DNA of 64,000 nucleotides from Eledone cirrhosa (Eukaryota): NCBI GenBank assembly GCA_964016885.1, contig OZ024755.1, positions 1,488,001 to 1,552,000 of the forward strand, read 5' to 3'. Shown piece by piece: positions 38,491 to 49,695 of this stretch (position 1 is its first letter; each line of letters starts with the position of its first letter). The notes under the pieces were generated by a model. It saw only the letters and a program-made list of their open reading frames with translations, ran no database searches and was not told where the DNA came from. The position numbers and the translations under genes were made by a program.

Positions 38491-39413
38491 ACTACGTTCA
38501 GAAGAAAAAAAACTAAAGACGGGATGGTCGTGAGTGAAACGTCTCTGATCATAGATTTACATGGTCAAACTTGTTGGACCGTATGACTGAGTGACATATT
38601 ATACCCAGGGTTGTATTTGTCGTTAAAACTAAATATTTCTTCTCTCTATTGACAGGCGTTCCATTGCCTGTATCTACAATGATGGTTGCTGTGGTGGTCG
38701 TTGTTTTAACCCATCTCAGCCCTAAACAATGCTGGACTTCTTACCTATAGGTTATAGCTTAGGGCCACACACCCTCGGGGGCCTCATTTTTTATTATATA
38801 GTTTTATTCTATAACACTAATTCCCCAATATATATATATTGTTTGATGTGTAAACGAGCAGCCGGATTGAAGTGATATTTGAGTCTAACATCGGTGAGAT
38901 TCGAACTCGGAGTATAAAGGGCCATAACTCCACGTTGCAAAGCATGGTGTCCGGCGCTCTACCGATTACTGCCACAATAAAATAAATACGACAAAACAGA
39001 GGTACAAAAAGTCTTAATTAGTTTCACGCTCTATATGGAAAAAGGGAAAGAAAGTTCGACGTGTCGGGCTTTGGCCCTTCTTCGGGAGTACAAGAATAGA
39101 GACAGGATCACAAAGGATAGGTACTGAAAATTAAAGGTAGTCCTAATAATAAAAAAAAGAAAATAAATAAGACAAACCGTTAGGTAGTCTTGGTAACAAT
39201 TTTGAATATATATATATATATATTTTGTGGTATTTGTTCCGGTTCTCTGATCTCTGAGTTCAAATCCAGTTGAGGTCAACTTTGCCTTTCATCCTTTCGA
39301 GGTCGATAAAAAAAAAGTACCAGTTTAGTACTGGGTCGATTCTTCCTCTATATCTCTTTCTCACATCCTCTCTCTCTCTCTCACTCTCTAAGGATATATA
39401 TATATATATATAG

Positions 39414-39540
39414 GGCCGGTAAAATTCCCGAGATCCATGGACGAGTTCTCTCCAGCGGTCTCTGTCCCTCATTATCGCTGCCATGTCCTGCATCTCCAAG
39501 AGACTAGTGTATGTCCTTAGGACATCAACATATGTTGGGA
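39414..39540 (-). mobile_element. RTE LINE 3' end fragment
   Basis: PTYVDVLRTYTSLLEMQDMAAIMRDRDRWRELV matches the RTE C-terminal TYVDxL...MxDRxxWR motif; ends in (TA)n. Confidence 0.7.
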
Positions 39541-39970
39541 GTGGCAAACCCCTCGTCTGGGATGCCACTTGCAGCGACACTTTCACCAGCTGCAACCTGG
39601 TGCAGTCTGCGACTAATCCAGGTTTGGCTGCACGTCGGGCTGAGGAGGCCAAACTCTCCAAGTACCGGTCGCTCACCGACAGGTTCGCGGTTGTGCCCTT
39701 GGCAGTGGAGATTTCTGGTGTCCTTGGCCCTAGGGCTACCTCCCTATTCACCACCATAGGCGCTGAGCTGGCCAGCCACAGGTGTGAACCTCGAGAGTTG
39801 GAATGGATCTTCCAGCGCATCTCCCTTACCATCCTCCGGGGAAACGCCTTCTCCATCCTGTTCGCCGGGGCTGTGGGGTGGCCAGCACGTGGGACCCCAT
39901 TTGCTCACCATACGGATTAATAGGCAAAGTTATGTACCAACAAGTGAATATTGTTATTGTAAAATAAACA
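39541..39970 (+). mobile_element. CRE-clade non-LTR retrotransposon 3' fragment (restriction-like endonuclease domain)
   Basis: GKPLVWDATCSDT...AARRAEEAKLSKY...VVPLAVEISGVLGPRA...FQRISLTILRGNAFSIL, uninterrupted and GC-rich. Confidence 0.85.
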
Positions 39971-40387
39971 TTGTCAACATCACAATTCTGGCATTATTCT
40001 TTTTATCATTCATCCTGAAAGGAATACATTTATCCTCTACAAATGTTTTAATCAAAAGTGACCTTCACAGCATATCCTAAATTATCAAATACATTTAAAA
40101 AGACTGATGTAGCTTACATCCTGTAAATGATTCATCCTGAACAATTACGTCAATGGTTTGGAAAAATATATTTTTGTATTGACAATAATTTATCCAAGAC
40201 ATGACAACATTTTGTCTAACATTCCACTGGTTGTATACAATACATTTTTCCACAATGTGAAAAAATGTCCAAAACAAAAGTTGTGGAAATGTGGTTGAAT
40301 TTCACTAATTCTTGGCACCTTCTTATATCCAGTCTGAATTATGTCACACATCATTGCAGTAGGTTTTTTACACATGTCTGTCTGTAT

Positions 40388-40810
40388 ATATATATTACTA
40401 GACAGGTGTGTGTGTGTGTAGATATTACTAGACATGTGTGTCAGTTGTGTGTGTGTGTGTGTATATATATTACTTGACAGGTGTGTCACTTGTGTGTGTG
40501 TATATATATTACTAGACGTGTGTGTGTGTGTGTGTGTATATTACTAGACATGTGTGTCAGTTTTGTGTGTGTGTATATATATTACTAGACGTGTGTCAGT
40601 TTTGTGTGTGTGCGTATTACTAGACGTGTGTGTATATATTACTAGGTGTGTCAGTTTTGTGTGTGTGTGTGTGTATGACTAGACGTGTGTGTATATATTA
40701 CTAGACGTATGTCAGTTTTGTGTGTGTGTGTATTACTAGACGCGTGTGTGTATATATGACGTGTGTGTGTGTATATATGACGTGTGTGTATATATGACGT
40801 GTGTGTGTGA
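40388..40810. repeat. Degenerate (TG)n-based minisatellite
   Basis: Repeated tattactagacgtgtgtcagttttgtgtgtgtg. Confidence 0.85.
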
Positions 40811-40842
40811 GTATATATTTTTGGACATGTGTACTAGTTTTT

Positions 40843-41060
40843 GTGGATTGACAGTATCGGTAGAGCGTCATGCTTTGCGGCATAGAGTTACATCCCTTTA
40901 CGTTCTGAGTTCAAATCCTGCCGAGGTTAACTTTGCCTCTCATCCTTACAGGAGTCGATAAAATAAAGTACCAGTAACGCACTGAGGTCGATTTAATCAG
41001 CTCCACCCCCAACTCACCCCAAAATATTGTTGACCTTGTGCCTGAATCAGAAACCATTAT
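40843..41060 (+). mobile_element. SINE family A, near full-length
   Basis: gtggattgacagtatcggtagagcgtc head, gagttcaaatcctgccgagg, tail gaccttgtgcctgaatcagaaaccattatt. Confidence 0.85.
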
Positions 41061-41274
41061 TACATATTGAACAATAATTATTTCTTAACAAATATTTATT
41101 GTTAATATAGAAATAATAAAAAAGAAGAGGAAACAGAAGGAAAGAAAGAATAGGGAAATATAGAAGAAAAAGTATAGAAAAAAGAGAGAAAGAAAGAAGA
41201 AAAAGATCGGGAAGAGGAGGGGATGGCAATAGCTCTGGTGTCACAGAAGAGAGGGGAGGGTTGAAGGGGAGGGT

Positions 41275-41452
41275 GATTGGGCAAGGAGGCAGGAGAGCTG
41301 CGCCCCGCGGACAAGAGTGCAACAGCATTCCTCGTGGACGATGGCCAGTGGCACCTGCTATAACAGCCACCCAACCTCGCGGGGCTCCCTCTTCAGACGG
41401 GCCGCCGACACTTCGAGAAGCTCGGCTGTACGGGGGTCAAGCAGAGAAGGGT
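41275..41452 (-). mobile_element. Second, degraded CRE-clade 3' fragment
   Basis: LLDPRTAELL...EPREVGWLL*QVPLAIV/(frameshift)RNAVALLSAG aligns by eye with EPRELEWIFQRISLTILRGNAFSILFAG at 39.8 kb. Confidence 0.7.
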
Positions 41453-41907
41453 AGAAATATTTAAGTTGCAGTGAAGATAGTTTAATGTTGATAAAAGAAG
41501 AAAAACAAATTGACGAGTAGATTAGTAAAATGGAATTATGTAGAGACTAGCTGGTGTATATACCACAAATTACAGCTTGCTAATATTTCATTGAGAGAAG
41601 AATATACAAATAAAAGTTAATCAGGAAACAAGTTACAAGTACAAAAGCCATGTTTTCTTTTGTGTTGTATAGATAGATTACAAGTATAATACATTGGTAG
41701 ACCATTCATACATGTAACAACATACGTTAGACAGGAAATTTCCTGTCTACTATAAGCAATGGCAATTGGATGTAACTAGAAGGCAAAGTAGAGGATTTCG
41801 TTTTAGGTTTATAAAATGGCTGATGATATATATATATATATATAATTTTTTATGATTTAGTGTTAAAGAATAAAAACTAATGACAAAATAAAAATATATT
41901 TTTTAAA

Positions 41908-42209
41908 ATGAGGTCCCCAAGGGTGTGAGACCCTAAGCTATAGCTTATTTACCTTACAAGTCCAGCATTGACTACAATGAAGTCCCCAAAGGTGTGTGAC
42001 CCTAAGCTATAACTTATAGGTAAGTCCAAAACTGGCTACACTGAGGCCCTCAAGGGTGTGAGACCCTAAGTCCAGTACTGGCTACACTGAGGCTCCCAAA
42101 GGTGTGAGACCCTAAGCTATAACTTACAAGTAAGTCTAGCACTGACTACATTGAGGGCCCCCAAGGACGTATGACCGTAAGCTATAACTTACAGGTAAGT
42201 CCAGCACTA
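41908..42209. repeat. About 65-bp unit x5 resembling an hAT terminal sequence; inverted single copy at 38727-38790
   Basis: tgaggcccccaagggtgtgagaccctaagctataacttacaggtaagtccagcactg versus caatgctggacttcttacctataggttatagcttagggccacacaccctcgggggcctca. Confidence 0.8.
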
Positions 42210-43032
42210 CATGCTTATTTACATTTGATGATAAACCTGGTTATTTACTTGAAATCTCAACACCAATATTCAACATATGGTGTCCAAAGTTTGTTATTTT
42301 CTCAGTTCACACCCTATCAGTTTTCTTTAGTTCACTGATAAATCTTTCAGATCCAACTAAACAACAAATCAAAAATAAAGTCTTAATAAAATATGGATAT
42401 ATATCTTTTCTTTGGCTGACTAAGTCCTATTAATTAACCTCTGTTATTTTGATTTCAGGTGATATAAGTATGTTTTTAACATAAATGTTTGTTATGTTAT
42501 TGTTTAGTTTCACATCTGCCTTGATTGAACAGGGTGACTTGTTATTTACAATGTTCTAGTCATGACCACCTGTCCTAGATTTAGACACAATATATAGAGC
42601 AAGCTTGGGCAATGTTTTATCAAGCAGTGAGCTACATAGAATGTGGCTCATTATAAGGCGGGCCACTCTACTGAAAGATGTCAAGGTAATTTTAAAATTA
42701 GATGTGTCATTTAGAAAGCCAAATGAGCTGCAGTGTTGCCAACGACTGATATAGAGGATTGGGAAGGCATGTAGCCTAGTGGCTAGGTTGTTAGTCTTAT
42801 AGTCAGAAGGGCATGGATTTAATCTCTGTACTAAGCAGTGCTTTGTTTCATTGAGCAAATCACATCATTTCAGGGAGCTCTTGTTTAATCCAAATGAAAA
42901 TATGAGTACCAACAGCAGTTGTGTGTGTGGGGAGGACTTTGCAATGGATTGACAGGAGGAGGGTCTTCATGAAATCAAGATAAACACACCTGCCTGATGA
43001 AGCTCTGAAGAAAAAAGGCTCGAAATGGACTT

Positions 43033-43233
43033 TAACCCTTTAGTTTTCATATATACTATTGTATTTTCACAGTAAAGGCTTTATCTCACATAATCTACGA
43101 GATTTTAATGGTGTTATTATTCATTTTGAAAACAATACCTTAACATCAGTATAAGTGGTCGGTTACGGCCAGTTTAAACAGAAAGTGGTGAGAGAATTGG
43201 CCGGATATGGCCGGTTTAAATGCTAAAGGGTAA
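43033..43233. mobile_element. piggyBac-type MITE copy
   Basis: ttaaccctttag...atgctaaagggtaa; same body as 47464-47672 in the opposite orientation. Confidence 0.8.
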
Positions 43234-44119
43234 ATATAAAAGACTGCATTATCCAATGTATCCTTCCTTCACTGTTTAAGATTGTAGAGTGTGACTTGCT
43301 ATTTCTAGCAACTCAATTGACTACTTATAAGTTTCCTCTTTTGCTTGCAATGCTTAATATGGTGGACACCCCTTGCAATTCTACATATTATGGTATTAAA
43401 AACTGTGTGTGAACGAGGCCATTTAAACCCAACTAGGAGTTAAATAGTCTCACAAACATGCAACTTGTCAAACGTGGTCAGCACAGCTTCACCCCTGAAG
43501 ACTTGACCAAAGCCAAACAGAAAGTAGTGGAGGTCAACTAAGGAGGGGTTCTTCCAACAGCAGTGAGAAGGCCCTGGATTGGAGCTTGCAAAAATAGACA
43601 CTAAATAAGCAATGATTGTTGTTTGTTTGTTTAAATATACATAACTTCCTGGTATAACTTTTTCTCATCAATCCAAAACTAGAATAATATTTCCATTGAT
43701 AAAAACCGATCCTATTTCCTCCTTGCTACAAGAAACTATGTGAATCTGATTCTTTCTGCTTTTTTGAAAAATAAATAAATTCATTAACAATAAACTTTTG
43801 TTTCATGTTTTTTTTACCCAATATTAGACCTGTCTCGTGTTGCTAAATTATAACATATGTGTAAGACATTTTAACCCATGAAACTAGTTAAACCTTATAA
43901 AATATATTATATTCTACTTAATCCTTTCATTTATAGGATTAGACAGAAAGTTCCTGCTATTTTTCAAAAGGAGGTATTTTGGTAAAGTTGGTAAATTATA
44001 ATTCGTGTGTAAAACATATTTTAACTAATGAAATAAGTTAAACACAAAAATTCCATATATTCTATTCTAGTTGCCATATATAATATAAGTGGGAGTCAGC
44101 TTATATACACCATCTAAAC

Positions 44120-44268
44120 CAGGCATGTCAAACTGAGGGTCCTCCGAGGGCCACACATTACAACTAACTTTTTTTATTTTATATTAAGAAGATGAAACAT
44201 GCTCGCGCTGTAAAAACCTCTGTGGGCCGCAGGTGTGCTTGTAAAGGGCTGCATGTTTGACATGCCTG
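44120..44268. mobile_element. hAT (Charlie-like) MITE, 149 bp
   Basis: Perfect 14-bp TIRs caggcatgtcaaac / gtttgacatgcctg and perfect 8-bp TSD atctaaac (44112-44119 and 44269-44276). Confidence 0.95.
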
Positions 44269-45043
44269 ATCTAAACAATGTGTTGATTTGCCGCCTTAGC
44301 TTATAAATGGGGTTTGGATTTTTGCCAATTTCTCAGACATAACGTGGAGCTGGGGCAACTTATATTTGAATATATATGTCAATCCCTTCCTTATTGGGTT
44401 GGACAGAAAGTTCCCAAAGTTTTTCAAAAGAAGGTATTTTGGTAGAGTTTTCTGGAAATGTTGAAGGTTGCACATGTGCACATATATTAGAAGTGATGTT
44501 GGTATGCATTATGTGCATTTCTTATTTTCTGTTACTCCATCAATAGGGAAGATCTGGTTTGTCTCACAACGGAGCAACTCATCTAACCCATGCTAGCAGG
44601 GGGAAAAAATGAACAGATAACGATGATGATGATGATAAGACAGTAGTTTTATTTATAATCTTTCATAAATAAAACAACTTTATTTCTAATATTTATGTTT
44701 AGAAGTAATATAATTCTTGTTTATTTAAATATCCAGAAATTCATATTTCAATAAGATAAAAGCCATCTATTTTCTTAGCTTCATTCTATAATGTAACATT
44801 ATCTGGTTAAGACCGTGGTGATTTTATACCATAAAAGAAATTTGGTTCTGTTATTTGGGTGACCTAATTAATGGCTGAGGTCAAGTCTGCTATACAATAG
44901 TAATGAATAATATACTAAAACTATTTAGTCCTCTGATTATCTAAGTACACTATCTATTTGTTTCAATTAGTTTTGAAAATTATTATTTTTTTTTAAATTA
45001 AAGGCCTTTGTAAAATAACTTCCATTGAGCTGGTATCTGTTAC

Positions 45044-45276
45044 TTAACCCTTTCATGACTGCATTTCTAATAAAAGCACTGTTTCAATTAACTAATGAAG
45101 AATTTTGAGGTATTTACTGAAATTATTAATTATTTCACTACCAATATAGTAACTTAATGTAAAGTTCTTATATAAAATTATGTTAGATTTTAATTTAAAC
45201 AGGAAACCTTTAAAATGAGTGACATTATTTCATAGAACCAGAGCTGGTTTTGACTGGGTTGGTAACTAAAGGGTTA
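45044..45276. mobile_element. Second TTAA-flanked MITE family
   Basis: ttaaccctttcatgac...taactaaagggttaa. Related bodies near 21957-22083, 26460-26580 and 62100-62326. Confidence 0.6.
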
Positions 45277-45465
45277 AAGTTGGAAAATATAGGAATAAGA
45301 AAGAACAAACCTTGCTTTGGTAATATTGAATCCATATTCCAAATATCTAGATTATTACTATGGTCTCATATTTATTTTGTTATTTTTTACTGAAAGAAAA
45401 AGTAAAGAAATTAGTAGAATCTTTATAATCAATGTAAGATGAATTCTTGGACTTTTAACTGCTGA

Positions 45466-45501
<36 letters not shown>

Positions 45502-45584
45502 ATAATAATAAATGTGAAGACTAAAATCCAAAGAGGGCTCGATAAGGATAAATATATATCAAATATATAAGAACCCTAGAGCAA

Positions 45585-45693
45585 ATATTTATTAAAATAA
45601 CAGATTAAAGTTTAAGCAAAGAATCACTGCTTTCACCCAGGGTGAAAGCAGTGATTCTTTGCTTAAACTTTAATCTGTTATTTTAATAAATAT
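45585..45693. repeat. Perfect 109-bp palindrome
   Basis: 54-bp arms around a single A at 45639. Confidence 0.97.
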
Positions 45694-47463
45694 ATATATA
45701 TTAAATGTGTGCATGTGTGTGTGTGTGTCTTGCCTCGCATCTCTTACTTCAGTGGACAACGCTTGGCCTGGTCTAGGATGTCACAGTGGACAACGTCTTG
45801 TCTAGGATGTCACAGTGGACAACGTCTTGTCTAGGATGTCACAGATATGGGAACAGTATTCCTTTGTTTAGAGACTAATCTAAGTAAAAAGATCTTGCAA
45901 TCGTAAACCCATTTTTAATAGTCTTTATTTGTCTCATTCTTCAATATCAAAGGCAGAGTGCCGACACTTTTCAGAGTCTCTGGCACTGGAATTGGACAAG
46001 CCATTAGAAAGCTTGCCAAACAAAAAGTTGAGAGGACTCTTCAGTTGTGTCAAGGACATGACAGCCTCCCTAATGTTAGCGACCTACAAGCACTCAGTAC
46101 ACACTGTAAAGTGTAAGTGATAGGAAGGGCATCAAGTCATAGAAAGCTTGCCAAACAAAGGGTTGAAGGACCCTTCAGTTTGTGTAAAAGACATGACAAC
46201 CTCTCCTCTACACTTGGTAGAATGTGAGACTATACATAAGTGAGATGCAGATTCCTGGCCTATCTAGGAGGTCAGTAGCTCCACTTAAGTACTGACTTGG
46301 TCTATATAGACCCATCCAACCCTTGCTAGCAGGGAGAGCAGTCATTAAAATGATGATGAAGAGGGAGTGAGAGATAGAGAGAGAGAACACTCTTACATTT
46401 GTGTTCCTTGAATTAGAAATCAACATTTTAGAATGCTTTCTACAAAGCATGTCATTTGCGTGACAGACAAAATAACTGTTCAGTTATTACAATATAGATT
46501 TACAAAACTGATATTTTCAGTTATGAAAGTTATGAGGTGATGAAGGAAAAGATTATGTCAGGGTTTCAGAGACGAATCCAATTCTTATGAAAATGGATTC
46601 ATTTGATAAATAATGTGTGTCTTGAAAACTTGACAAGTAAATTTAATATGAGTGGTTGAAAAGAAAAGAATTGTGTAACTAAATACTGGGCTTTGTTGAT
46701 GTAAAATAATTGAAATAGAAACATGATCTTATATTATTAACCATTATAGCATATAGCTTCTTTGAGCTAACAAGAGGTCCTCTTCTGAGTCACTTGACTT
46801 GCTAGAAATAGTAGCCAAATCATCTTTATCCTCTTTAAAAAAAAAAGGAAAAGCATATAGGATATTGTAGTTCTTTATAACCAAATTTTAAATTTTTTCA
46901 TGGAATGCATTTTAAAAAACACTGACCTAAACACATAAAAAGACTTTCTAACACTTACTACAACATCCTATATCAAAATCACTGCCTACAATTTCCAATT
47001 CCATTTCCTCACTAAATCTAAATGTGTAGCTAGTCTTTAATAAGTCCAGCCAATAAAGGAACCTCTAATCAACGTTCTAGAAACAGCAGCCAAATCTCCC
47101 CTAAGTCACATCCTACTACTATCTTAAAAGAGGAAGGAAGGAGATATTTGAAAAATGTAACAGTGGTTTTGACTAGAACAGCTTTGATCCAAGTTGACAA
47201 GGGGTTAAACAACCTGTCACGAGTTCCAAGGATTTGAAGAAATTTATGTATGAGCAAACCTACCCTGCATTTATATACTACAGCCAGCATAACTATATAA
47301 CTTGGATGATGAAACAAATAGTTCTGCTTGCACTTGACAGTTAAGTCTCTTTTAACCTTGATACCTATCAGACTGTCACATATTCTAGTTTCAGGAGACA
47401 TTAAATAACTGAAAGAACAAGACACCTCCTCCGGGATGAGATACCAATCTATCACAAGTTTAA

Positions 47464-47672
47464 CCCTTTAGCATTCAAACCAGCCGTATCCGGCCAGAAT
47501 TCTCTTACCTCTTTCTGTTCAAACCAGCTGTAACTGGCTGCTCATATTGATGTTAAGGTATTGTTCTCAAAATAGATAATATCAAAATGTCATAGATTCG
47601 ATATTATGTGAGGTAAAGCCTTTTATGTGAAAATACAATAGTAGAGTATAGAGTAATGTGAATGCTAAAGGG
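47464..47672. mobile_element. piggyBac-type MITE, complete
   Basis: TTAA on both sides; TIR ccctttagcattca / tgaatgctaaaggg. Partial copies near 5555-5715, 13429-13640 and 24709-24860. Confidence 0.9.
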
Positions 47673-48113
47673 TTAAGCCCTCAGCTGATGCTGATAATCA
47701 TTTTCAGCTGACCTACACGATACAAGTACACAGTACATGTAAAGTGGTTGGTAAGAAGGGCATCCAGCCATAGAAAACTTGCTAAACAAAGGGTTGGGAG
47801 GACCCTTCACTGGTGTCAAGGACATAACAACCTCCCTAGTGTTGGTGATCCACATAATAAATACACCCAGTACACTCTGTAAAGTGGCTGGTGTTAAGAA
47901 GGCCTATAGAAAGCTTGCCAAACAAGAGGTTAGGAGGACCCTTCAGTTTGTGTAAAAAGACAACTTCTGTGTACTCGATAGAACATATGACCATACATAA
48001 GGAGGATGCAGAGCCCTTGCCCTAGGAGGTCAGTAGCCTCGCTTCAGTACTTGGACTGAGCAGTGCTGTCCAACCCTTGCTAGCAGGGAAAGTAGACGTT
48101 AAATGATGATTAC

Positions 48114-48235
48114 ATAGAGCTGGCAACAAATGGAGTCTCCCTTTGAGCAAAAGGTTGACTGTATGATGTCTGTGTGCAAAGTGCAATATTGCATGGTAGA
48201 GCAACATGAACAGTTGAGATGATTGCACTGGTATG
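48114..48235 (-). CDS. Candidate exon with beta-defensin-like Cys pattern
   Basis: Acceptor tgtctttcttacag. Phase-1 frame xYQCNHLNCSCCSTMQYCTLHTDIIQSTFCSKGDSICCQLY has 8 Cys. All three frames are open, so the frame is unproven. Confidence 0.25.
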
Positions 48236-49323
48236 CTGTAAGAAAGACATTTTTTTAATACGTTTTCATATTTCTCTTCCTTCCAAAGTAGGACATAGTT
48301 TTATTGAATAAAAACCTGGCGATAAATCTCATCTATTACAATTCCATTCACATATAGGATGCTTTATAATATCAGGCAATTGCTTCAATTATTTAAAGTG
48401 AATGTTTGAATAAGATCAACTCACTGTGATAATGAATGAGTGACCAAGTCTTTTAACTTAGTTTCTTTCTGAACCATATTTGCAATAAAACTCACAACCC
48501 ACGATTTTGAAATCATTTTAAAAATAATAAAAAATTTAGGAGTTAGTAAATAATAATTGTTTCTACATTAATAAACTAAATTATGGAGGAAGACTTTTAG
48601 AAAAACACAAAACCGGACATTTTAAAACAAATAATTTTATATCAGGTTTGATATGAACAGAGTTAAGCAACAAACTAATTCATTAAATGAAAACAAAAAA
48701 AGAATATTTACTCAGGTATAAATGTACTGGACAAGGAAAGAAAGATGGACATTATTCCAATAGAAAACAAGTCAGAAGTTCTGCTTCTTGAAATGACTTT
48801 TAAACAATTTGTTGTCAGTCATCCGTCACATGTTATAATATGGAACAGATTGAAGACTGAAATATATGTAGGACGGTTATGGTGGGGGTTGTTGTTTATG
48901 CCTAGTTAAAAGCTATATATATATTGTTATACTTGGGAAGGGTCATATTGCTGGAATAATATTGCCAGAATAATAACAGAACACACTGTTTGGTTGGTTT
49001 TCGCTTCTGTATTTTTTATATCTCCAGAGTTAATTTATTTGGATATAGATATAGAAGATCAACATGATATTAAACTGTATTTACATTATATATTCCATAA
49101 ATAAAATTACCTTATTACTCGGTCGTATATATATATATATATATATATTTGTTGAATTACCAACAAATTAAATATCCCTTTGCTTATATATATATAAATT
49201 TTAGTACAGCATAGACGAAGCTCTAGTATACGGCCAAGCTAGCGTGTGTGCTTATTCGGTTTGTAGCTTTAGCACTCAGATGAGATAAGACCCCAGAGTA
49301 TAACATTATGTTCAGACAGCTTA

Positions 49324-49363
<40 letters not shown>

Positions 49364-49554
49364 GATGTATACACACTTCAATAGCATTCTAATAAATGTA
49401 TATATAGTTAGCTAGCTTCGACATGCCTCTGCAGAAATCAAAGCATGCTAGTTCGAAATTCTAGCATCTTCTTCCATTTACTTAAACAATTCTTCAACAG
49501 TTAGTTGTTATATATCAATCAGATGTTATAACTATATATATATATATATATATA

Positions 49555-49695
49555 ACTTCTACAGGACTAGAACTGTTTCATTCGTATGAAATCGACAGTC
49601 CTGTAGAAGCCATTTCTATATTAAATAATTATGTTTACACTCTAATGTATTGAGTACCTTTTTAAAACTGTGGTTACACCCGACTTTACTCGGGA
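49555..49695 (-). mobile_element. Penelope-like terminal relic with degenerate hammerhead-like core
   Basis: Reverse complement cttctacagga-CTGtCGA-tttcatacgaat-GAAAC-agttcta-GTC-ctgtagaag, embedded in (TA)n. Confidence 0.5.

Noticed and set aside
42985-43035. Hammerhead-like CTGATGA...ggctcGAAA at the end of SINE family B
   Set aside because: Other copies read GAGAC or GAGAG instead of GAAAC, and no NUH/stem III arrangement can be built; more likely a LINE-derived 3' stem-loop.
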